Positions 46,360 to 55,600 of a stretch of 64,000 nucleotides of DNA are shown piece by piece; the first letter of the stretch is position 1, and the number at the start of each line of letters is the position of its first letter. The position numbers and the translations under genes are program-made. The notes under the pieces were generated by a model. The model had not been told where the DNA came from, ran no database searches, and saw only the letters and a program-made list of their open reading frames with translations. The stretch comes from Clostridia bacterium. GTDB lineage: Bacteria > Bacillota > Clostridia > Christensenellales > DTU072. Where the stretch lies: NCBI GenBank assembly GCA_035381305.1, contig DAOSYK010000001.1:47218-111217 (forward strand). The letters are read 5' to 3'.

Positions 46360-48792
46360 ATGAAAAAGATAGTAATCGCTATGCTGCTTATGCTTCCCCT
46401 CATAATTGTGACAACCGTGCTTTTAAGCGCGAACATCATAAGCATTAACGTATACATAGCAGTCCAAAGAGTGGAGCTTAATGTCGACGATATGTTGGTA
46501 CTGCCCCTGTCGGACGGGGAGTTTCAGTTTAAGGCGACAGTATACCCCACGGCGGCGAGAAATAAAAACGTCTATTACGAAATAGAAAACTACGAATGCT
46601 TCGGCGACGACGTGGACAACGCCGTGACAATCGACCGGTCGGGACTTGTCAGATTCGGCACCTACTGCGCCTTTGACGTGGTGGTGACCACCGAGGAAGG
46701 CTACAAGTCCGACCGCTGCAACGTCATAGTTGAGAGCGGAAAGGTGGAGAGCGTCACGATAATCGCCGACAGCTACGAGATAACGACGGGCGAAAGCAGG
46801 CTGATCGAGCCGACGTTCAGCCCCATTGACGGACAGGTGGAAAATCTGGTCTGGACCAGCAGCAACCCGAGCGTAATAAAGGTGGACAGAAACGGCATAA
46901 TAACGGGCGTGTCCGAAGGCATCGCCGATATTACCGTTTTTGTTACAGACACAATTAAAGCGACAAGGGCGTTTTCGGTAAAGAAAGGCGTCACTAAATT
47001 CGGCGCAAACTTTGCCGCGTCGCGCGACTTTGACCTTTCGGAGATTTTGCCGGGCGGCGCTGTAGCTGTAGTCTCAGGCGGGACAATCGCAGGAGAGAGG
47101 TTTACTTTCACTTCCGACGTCGCCGTGCTGGACGTGGGCGGAACACTTGTCACAGTGACAAAGTGCGACCCCAACGATATACAATTTGAGCATTTCGGCA
47201 TACTGAAAGACAGACGGGTTAAACTTAACGGCGCGCCCGTATATCTCAATGTCGTCTATACAGACGTGTTCAATACCTCGGCTGTGCCCGCCACGCTCGC
47301 CACAAACAACGAGCTAGCCGCGACTATAGGCGTAGACGGCAAGATAACACCCGCGGGCAGAGGAACGGTGCAGTTTACCGCAAACGCCCACGGCAAAGCC
47401 ACGTCTATAAATATGGAAGTTATACAGGAGATAAAATATATAAGGCTTAATACCGTTGACAGTCAGGACAAAAAGGGTATTGCCGACGCAAGCGTTTACG
47501 GCAACCTCTCTTACGTTGACGGTTTCGTGCCTTATGTAATTGACCTTGCCATAAACTATCCGCAGGACGCCGACTGGCAGGACTTTGACATAGCGGTCAG
47601 CGACGAAAGTATCGCCTACGTCGACGGACACCGCATTGTGTTCCGTCCGGACATCGACGGCGAGAAGAAGCTCGTCATCACGGTAAAAGCCAAGTATTCG
47701 GCGTATAAGAGCGTGGACGTCACGGCAAGGAGAACGCTTACGGTAATAAACGGCGTAAACTGCTCCGACTATGCGGCAATGTACGCGGCAGGCGAGGCAG
47801 GACTGGGCATCTGCATGCTCAACGACATCAGCCTTAAGTCAACCGACAATACGTTAAGGATTAAAGGCAGCTTGTACGGCAACGGACATACTCTCGACGC
47901 GATAAATAAAGAACTCGCTTCCGAAGAGCCGCTCGTCACGGTCATTGCCGACAACGTGACCGTAAGCAACGTAAGGATAGCCTGCGACGACGTGGTGAGG
48001 ATGAACCAATCCAACGGCTGCCGTGGTTGCGCCCTCATGATAGGAGAAAAGGAACAGCCTGCAAGGTTTGAGAATATCAAGGTGGAGTACTGCATACTCG
48101 GCGACGCGTACTACGGGCTCGCAATGCACAACAGCGACGTCCGCTTGACGGGCTGTATCATAAGAAATACCAGCAACTTCGGTATATTCCTGCCCAGCGA
48201 CCGCAATCCCTTGCTCGCCGATAAGTGCGACTACAGCAATCTCTATTTGCACAACGTTGTTATGAGCAACATAATCGCTACGGCAATCGGCGTCGCGACC
48301 CAGAACAACATGGCGGACGGAAGCACTCTGAGACTTCAGAGCAACCTCTACAGCACGGGCTTCCTCGACATCTACAACTGGCAGAACGTCACCAGCGCAA
48401 AGATGCTTGACAGGACGATATTCCCCGACAATCCCGCTTTCGACACAGCGGTTAAGAAACTCCTCAACGACGTGTTGGGCAACGAGATCAAGAAGGAAAT
48501 GTACAACTCCATAAGGCTTGAAAAAGACGGCAAGGACTATATCCATCTCGGGATGGTCACGGCGGGAGCGATGTTTGAAAACACGTCGATAATAGAGGTC
48601 GAAGACCCGAGAATAGCCCGCTTTGACATAGCGGCGCTCGACCAGGTCGCAAGGCTTGCAAGCCTGTTAAGATTTGACTTTTATCCCTGCGTGCTGTATA
48701 TTTACAACAATACCGCCGATATCGGCGTGGACGACGACTTTGCCGAAAACAAGTGGTCGTACATGCGCCTAAGGGGAGAGGAAGTGTTTTGA
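46360..48792 (+). CDS. N-terminally anchored extracellular protein with Big_2 Ig-like domains and a right-handed beta-helix-like region
   Basis: Signal-anchor MKKIVIAMLLMLPLIIVTTVLL. Big_2 signature WTSSNPSVIKVDRNGIITGVSEGIADITV. A further Ig-like module. Beta-helix-like segment GSLYGNGHTLDA...VTVSNVRIA...IRNTSNFGIF. Confidence 0.65.
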   Translation: MKKIVIAMLLMLPLIIVTTVLLSANIISINVYIAVQRVELNVDDMLVLPLSDGEFQFKATVYPTAARNKNVYYEIENYECFGDDVDNAVTIDRSGLVRFGTYCAFDVVVTTEEGYKSDRCNVIVESGKVESVTIIADSYEITTGESRLIEPTFSPIDGQVENLVWTSSNPSVIKVDRNGIITGVSEGIADITVFVTDTIKATRAFSVKKGVTKFGANFAASRDFDLSEILPGGAVAVVSGGTIAGERFTFTSDVAVLDVGGTLVTVTKCDPNDIQFEHFGILKDRRVKLNGAPVYLNVVYTDVFNTSAVPATLATNNELAATIGVDGKITPAGRGTVQFTANAHGKATSINMEVIQEIKYIRLNTVDSQDKKGIADASVYGNLSYVDGFVPYVIDLAINYPQDADWQDFDIAVSDESIAYVDGHRIVFRPDIDGEKKLVITVKAKYSAYKSVDVTARRTLTVINGVNCSDYAAMYAAGEAGLGICMLNDISLKSTDNTLRIKGSLYGNGHTLDAINKELASEEPLVTVIADNVTVSNVRIACDDVVRMNQSNGCRGCALMIGEKEQPARFENIKVEYCILGDAYYGLAMHNSDVRLTGCIIRNTSNFGIFLPSDRNPLLADKCDYSNLYLHNVVMSNIIATAIGVATQNNMADGSTLRLQSNLYSTGFLDIYNWQNVTSAKMLDRTIFPDNPAFDTAVKKLLNDVLGNEIKKEMYNSIRLEKDGKDYIHLGMVTAGAMFENTSIIEVEDPRIARFDIAALDQVARLASLLRFDFYPCVLYIYNNTADIGVDDDFAENKWSYMRLRGEEVF

Positions 48793-49361
48793 TGGATTAT
48801 ATAAAGGTCGTCCAGAAGCTGAACAAAAACGGCTATTTTCTTTGCAGTATGTACTACCTGAAAAGGTTTGTCGGAGTACGCGAAATTGTACTTGTGTCAC
48901 TGCTTTCTATTTTGGCTGTGTGGCTGTACGTTGCGTACGAAATTTTCATCGCGCTTATTTTTCTGGGAGTTACGATTGCTTTGATTTTGCTTGCCGTTGT
49001 CCTTTTTCTCGTGACGGGCATCTGGGGATATAAGCACGATTTTGAAAAGACCGATATTGAGTACCACCAGCTGGAATTTTACCCCGACAGATTTATCGCG
49101 GCAAGCCTGAACAAGGTGGGCGAGCCCGTTCACGGCGAAGAGCACTCTTACGACAAAATCGAGGCTATCGCCTTGCGAAAAGACCGCATTTACATCTATG
49201 CGGGAGTGGCGCTCTTCTATTACGTAACGGCTCAAAGCATGAAGGAAAACACCTTGGACGAGCTTAAGGGATTTTTGCAAGAATACGTAAAACCCGAAAA
49301 GTTCAGGCTGAAAAGAACCATCAGAAAATATCCCAAAAAGGACAAAATCAAACTGGGATAA
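48792..49361 (+). CDS. Two-TM membrane protein, YcxB-like architecture
   Basis: Start moved to ATG 48792 (MDYIKVVQK), which overlaps the upstream stop (TGATG). Two adjacent TM helices are followed by a soluble domain of about 100 aa. The family call is tentative. Confidence 0.5.
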   Translation: MDYIKVVQKLNKNGYFLCSMYYLKRFVGVREIVLVSLLSILAVWLYVAYEIFIALIFLGVTIALILLAVVLFLVTGIWGYKHDFEKTDIEYHQLEFYPDRFIAASLNKVGEPVHGEEHSYDKIEAIALRKDRIYIYAGVALFYYVTAQSMKENTLDELKGFLQEYVKPEKFRLKRTIRKYPKKDKIKLG

Positions 49362-49399
49362 TTGCCTCTAAATAGCTTTAAATTTGCGTTACTTTTAAC

Positions 49400-49435
49400 A
49401 AAAACGGCGGACTTTGTTTTTCGCCGTTTTTTTTG
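49400..49435 (+). terminator. Rho-independent terminator ending the four-gene ABC/Big_2 unit
   Basis: AAAACGGCG (49401-49409) / CGCCGTTTT (49422-49430) plus a T-run. A second, weaker AU-rich hairpin lies at 49468-49492. Confidence 0.75.
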
Positions 49436-49570
49436 TCTATCCGCGGCGAAATCTGTGCTCTGTTTTATGTGTTTTTTTGGTCGAAAAACACACATTTTTC
49501 CCATGATTTTCAGCCGAAATTTACCATTATTTTTGACTGTTCTTTTACCCACAAAGTTGCGGTTTGGCTA

Positions 49571-49599
49571 TTGCAATTTGCTTATGAGTATGTTATATT
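49571..49599 (+). promoter_or_regulatory. Sigma-A type promoter for the giant lipoprotein gene
   Basis: TTGCAA (49571-49576), 17-nt spacer, extended -10 TGtTATATT (49591-49599). Confidence 0.55.
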
Positions 49600-49651
49600 T
49601 ATTATAACTGTTATTCTGTACAGCGTGAACGCTGATAGTGGAGGTATGGCA

Positions 49652-52600
49652 ATGAAATTCAAAAGAGTAAGCGTCAAGCACATCCTGAGTATTCTGACGG
49701 TACTTGTGGTATTGTGCACTTTACTTACGCTTGCCGGATGCGAACAGGGGCCCAACGCCGTAGCCATTGAGGTTGTGGAAGATAGCGTGCCCGATGTCGC
49801 TACAATAGGCAGTTTTGACCTGTCGCAGCTTAAGCTCAGGATCACCGATGAGACCGGAAATACCCAGGAAATAGCGGTCACCTTGTCGATGCTTGACACC
49901 GATTCCCGCAATAGCCTGAAAGAGCCCGGCGAAAAGAACATAAACGTTTTTTACAAAGGCTGCGCCACCACCTTTAACATCTTCCTGGTGGAAGAGGGCA
50001 CCCAGACCGTAAGCGTAACCTTCCTCGCGAGGGACTTTACCCAGATTGCAAAGAAGCACACTGTCGCAAACGGCAGCATAGAAGCTCCCCAGGCTCCCTC
50101 CATTGCCGGCATGGTATTCGACTGCTGGCGCAATAAGAACAACAGCCAGGAAGCAAGCTTTACCAACATAACGTCAGACCTTATCGTTTACGCAAGCTAT
50201 ACCGAAAACGCAGCAAAATATACAGTTACCTTCCGCGATTACACAAATCAAGTCATTGCTATATACACCGACATCGCTTACAACAGCACTATTATTGAAA
50301 ACGGATATACGGCGCCCGGCTGGGAAAAGCCCGCCGACATAGAGTCCTGGCAGTGGAACTGGAACTTCTCCACAGACAGAGTAACACAAAACACCAACAT
50401 CAACATGACGGTTACATACAAGTCACGTACAATTGCTTTCAAGTATGTATATTCGACCGACATAAACAACGAGACTCAATTCCCGCTCACGACCAGCGCG
50501 ACGGTAAGAATCGGTTCCGTTCCCACCGACACTCAGCTCAACGCGGCAAAGGCCGAACTTGCTCAGCAGGGCAAGCAGTTTGTAAGCTGGGTCAATATGG
50601 ACGCAGTGAGGACCAACACCTCCAACATCCTCTTCGCGCTTGTTCAATCCACCAATTACACCGTAAGCTTTACCGACGGCTCCAACGAAACCGCCTCGGT
50701 GCGTTCGGGCATCAGCTATACCATGCCCACAAATTACACCGCTAAGCCCGGTTATTCATTCGACCTCAAGTGGAAAGACGCGCAAGGAAACATTTACAAT
50801 GCGGGTCAGTCCTATGTCATTAACGGCAATCTCGCACTTACCCCCGTTTATACCCCCGAGGTCAAGAATGCTCAGTTCATTTTCAGCTTTGTCGGACTTG
50901 CCGACCCCGAAGATGAGTCTGAGGTTCTCACTTATCAGCTTGACAGAAACGTCTATTACGACGACGTAATAAGGCGCGACTATATTGCCGGACTTCTCGA
51001 CCAGCTCAAGAGAAGCCATACCGAGGTGTACGACTATGATATCGACATCATAAAGTACTTCGGCTCCACCGTCACCGGCAACGGTCAGAAGATTGGCATC
51101 GGCGACAACCATGTCTTTGAAATCACCTGCGTTGACGTCAGCATGGGCAGCCCCGGACTTAGCTTCACGCTTGACTCGGTCCGCAACGGTTATGTCATCA
51201 CGGGCTACACACCCACCGACAGCGAATCCGCGCTCAACGTCATTATCCCCGAAACTTACGACGGACTCCCCGTTATCGGCATTGCCGACGACGTGTTCGG
51301 CGCGGACGTACAGGGCGTCAGCCTCACTATGAGTATATCTCTGCCCGACGGACTCCTCTTTATCGGAGAAAACGCGTTTGAGGGCGTTACGTTCTCAAGT
51401 GACGTATCCATACCCGGCTCTCTTGTCGAGATGGGTAAAGAGGCCTTCCTCAACGCAAGCGGCGAAAACATTAAGGTAATATTCCGCGCAAGCGTGCCCA
51501 CGAGCATCAACGAGATACCCGAAAGCGCGTTTAAAAATTTCGCGGGACTTAAAGAAGTCGTCCTGCCGCGCAACGTCAACATCATCGGCGACAGTGCTTT
51601 CGCAGGATGCGCAAACCTCACCAAGATCAACCTTGCCGACGTTCAGACCATAGGCGAGGCGGCATTTGAAGGCTGCTCGGCGCTTAACGATATCGGCAAC
51701 CTCAACACAGTAGGCTCGGTAGGCGACTATGCCTTCGCAGGCACGGCGCTTGTCAGCGTATTCCTTCCCAACGTATCAACTTTGGGCAACATGGTATTCG
51801 CTCTGACGACAAAGCTTGCCACCTTGAGCATAGGCACGGGCAACGAGTCCGAAAACATCACCTTTGACTTTGCAAACATCATGGGCAGTTCGGTTACTTC
51901 CCTCACTCTCGGAAAAGGCGTGACGGATATAACCAACACAATAAGCGCAAAATACGGCTACACAGGTGCGCTCAACGCCGCCGCTGTATACGCCGCTTCC
52001 AGACTCAACACGATTAACTTTGCGAAAGACATAGCAATCGATGTCGCCGCGTTTAATCTCTTCCCGCTGATGAAGACAATCACGGTCGAGGCAGGCAGTG
52101 CGTACTCTGTGCAGAACTTCGCATTATTCCAAGGCGACGCGCTCATTTACTATCCGCCTTGCGTGTACGGCGACTATACCGTTCCCGCAACGATTACCGA
52201 AATCGCCGAGAACGCGCTTGTTTCCGCAAACCTCAACAAGCTGACGCTCCATGCCGGAATCGCGACAGTCAACGCGACCAACGCCGCCATGCTCAACGTC
52301 GTTGCTATGCCGCTCTCCGTTATGGAGACAATAATGGGCGCGGCATTGGGCGAAATGACGGCGACCGATATTCTCGCCGCACTCGACGCAGTGTTCAAAG
52401 CGGGCGCGACCTATTACATCAACAACTTTGACGCCCTTGAAGCAGGGGAGAAGACCGAAGTCGACATACTCGTCGCCGACGAAAGCAGACGCTTTATTAA
52501 GGACGCGTCAGCCGTTCCGACCCACTATGACGCAACGAGCAAACTTCTCTACACCTTTGACAAAAACAACATCGCCACGATTATCGGCGGCGACAGAACG

Positions 52601-55600
52601 GCTTCTGCGATAACCATACCCGCGACAATAAACGGATATACGGTTGCACGCCTCGGCAACGGCGCGTTCAGCGGATACGCATACCTTGAGACGCTGACCA
52701 TAAACGCGACGCTTGCCAACCTTTCGGGCACCGACATCTTCGCAGGCTGTGTAAGCCTCTCCTCGGTGACCCTCGCCGGACTTACCGAAAGAAACAACAT
52801 AAACTACAACCTTTTCAATGACACCAAGCTCTATAAACAGAGAGTGGTCATTGTGCTTGCGGGCGTTCCCGTTGCGTACAACGCAAATTATAAGAGAACG
52901 TTGGAGGGCGGCAGCGAGGAGACCGTTACCGTGGTCACCGCCGCCGACCTTTCGGGCGCGACGGTTATACCGTTACGTTTCTTCAAGGACTGTGCAAACC
53001 TCACGGCGATTGAACTGCCTTCCACGGTAACCGCCGTCATGGACAACGCCTTTGAGAACTGCACAAGCCTTACCTATATCAATCTCAACAACGTAGCCTC
53101 GGTGGGCAGATACGCGTTCAGGGGTTGCACAAGCCTCGAGACAGTGGATATTCCCAAGGCGATAAACGCTCAGAGCGCGCAAGTAGGCTCGGGCAAACTG
53201 CCTGTAGGCATCTTCTACGGCTGCTCGGCACTCACCACCGTAAATATGCCCAACGTAAACGGCTTCCTTGCCGACGCAAACGGCGACTCCATGGCGTTCT
53301 ACGACTGCGACAGCCTCAAGGACGTAAGTTTCCTTGCGAGATTTACAGGCATAATTTACGGCAAAGCGTTCTATGACTGCGACGCGATAGAGTCATTCGA
53401 CATCAGCATTTCTACCATTACCGAGATAAGAGCGCAAGCATTCTACGGCTGCGACAGTTTATCCTATATAGTATTAGGTAATGTGGAGACCCTCGGCGAC
53501 GAGGCGTTCAACCAGAATCCTCCCGCTCTCCAGAGCGTAAGGATTAAGGGTACGGGCGGCATCTTCGCAAAGAAGGTCGCCATCAATCCCGATGTCTTCC
53601 CCGAAGATGTAATGTTCTACATCGACGCCAACCTTGACGCCGAAACCATCGGGGACGTCCTCGCCAACTACTCCTATTACAGAACCATCGAGCCGAGAAT
53701 CAGCTTCTCGGTGTTGGAAGGATTTGAAATCGGCACCAATCAGCTCGGAATGGTTCCCGTTTCGACCTCGTACATGGCCACGGCTCCCGTCGCGCCCACG
53801 TTTGAAGGATATGTGTTCGTAGACTGGTTTGTCGACGGCGTTAAGGCTGCATTCCCGAGAACGTTCTACGCCGACACCGTCCTCAAAGCGAAATACTATT
53901 CCACTTCCAGAGGTTCGGTAAGTGGAACAGATCTCACCCAGTACGGCGACGGATATCAGCTTTCGAGCTACGCGTCTAACGACGATACATCCTATATTCC
54001 GTCTACATATATCGGAAATGACGGCATAGCTCGCAGAATAGTCGCGATTAACCTTGCGGCATTCAACGGCAAGCCCATCACTTCTCTCGTAATACCCGAA
54101 GGTGTGCTCGTCCTTAACGGAAAACTCGGCAACACCAACATTACAAGTATAAGGATAGCAAGCTCGGTGGAGACCATCACCGCGGCTGACGCCTTTGCCG
54201 GCAACAGCCAGCTCGACATAGTATGGGCTTCGGGCAGTAATCTTACCGACGCCAAAGCCAGCGCATTCCTCGGCACCAAGTGGTACAACGAGGCACAGCT
54301 TGCCGCGGCAAGAGGCTACAACAACCGCTTTGTCGTAGCGGGCAGAATGGCGATCAAGTATGTCGCCGCAGGTACCGACGCCGACAAAACCGTCGTCATA
54401 CCCGGCCAGGTAATCATGCTTGCCGACGAGCTGTTCAAGGACAATACGGCTATCACCACCGTTACTCTTAACGATAACCTCAGAATTATCGGTAACAACG
54501 CGTTCCGTAACGCGACCAACCTCGCCACCATAAACTACGAGTCGGTCGCCGCAAACTCTGCCGTAGCGTCGGTCAATCCCGACTACTTTATCGGCACCAA
54601 GTGGTACACCAACCAGAACCAGCTTGTCATCGGCACGATGTTCCTTAAGTACAACGGACTTTACGCTGTAGACAACTACTCCATCCCCGCTCATATCGTC
54701 ACAATCTATCGCAACGCGTTCAAGAACGCCCAGATTAAGACCGTGACCTTCGCGGGTAACAAAGTGGAGAATATCGGCGACAACGCCTTTGAAGGAAGCA
54801 AGCTTACGAGCATAACGCTGCCCGCATCGATTAAACAGATGGGCAAGGGCGTGTTCAAGAACTGCCTTGACCTTCTTACAGCCAACCTTTCCGGTGCAAA
54901 AGTGCCCGCGCTTCCGGATGAGACATTCCAGGGATGCACGTCGCTCAGAACGCTCACTTTGGGAACTGACTCAAAAGCTCTCGGCAACAACAGCCTCAAC
55001 AACTGCGTTGCGCTCCTTAACCTTACCGCCGACGGAATCGAAACAAGCGTAGACCCATTACAGAGCGGTCTCAGCACCACGGCGTGGTACAAGAGAGACC
55101 CGGGCAACGACGATCTCCACATCATCCTCGGCAAGGTTTACCTTAAGTATAAGATGGGGGCGTCTCCTGTTCTCAATAATCAGGGTCTTGTGGAAGTAAC
55201 AATTCCCAACAACGTGTCCATCATTTCCCAGCTTGCCTTTGCAAACATCAGCAATATAGGAAAGGTAACGATACCCGCCTCGGTGACGGTAATCGAAGCC
55301 AACGCGTTCTTTGACTGCTCCTCGCTTATCCAGGTGGTCTTTGCCGGCGCTTCTAAGCTCGTCGAAATTGGCGACAACGCATTCAGAGGCGCATCCAACC
55401 TTACCGATGTCATTCTGCCGCAAGGTCTTATCGAAATCGGCGAATACGCATTTGAAGGCGCGGCGTTGAAGTCGGTAAGCATACCCGACTCGGTGACCAT
55501 AATAAAAGGCCATGCCTTTGAAAACGCGGGACTTGAGACGCTCGTCCTCGGAAAAGGACTTATCTATATAGGAGAGGGTGCCTTCAGCGAAAACGACGAC

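Noticed and set aside
48753-48791. Upstream start (48753) for the YcxB-like ORF, and likewise 43190 for the minus-strand membrane protein.
   Set aside because: The upstream codons lie inside the preceding gene or lack an SD. The internal ATGs at 48792 (stop/start overlap) and 43145 (AGGAG 5 nt upstream) are better supported.
49362-49607. Small ORFs in the giant-gene upstream region (81 aa on the plus strand, 106 aa on the minus strand).
   Set aside because: They have no SD, overlap the terminator and promoter elements, and their hydrophobic, low-complexity translations reflect AT-rich intergenic sequence.
49433-49651. In-frame N-terminal extension of 73 codons on the giant ORF (MSIRGEICALFYVFF...).
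   Set aside because: The extension spans a terminator tail and the predicted promoter and has no SD. ATG 49652 has GGAGG 7 nt upstream and starts a canonical lipoprotein signal peptide.
49362-49651. Possible invertible (phase-variable) promoter or DGR-type variability element upstream of or within the giant surface gene.
   Set aside because: I found only short hairpins (49468-49492, and CAGCG/CGCTG at 49621-49634) and an 8-nt palindrome. There are no long flanking inverted repeats, no recombinase or reverse transcriptase gene, and no template-like repeat anywhere in the window.
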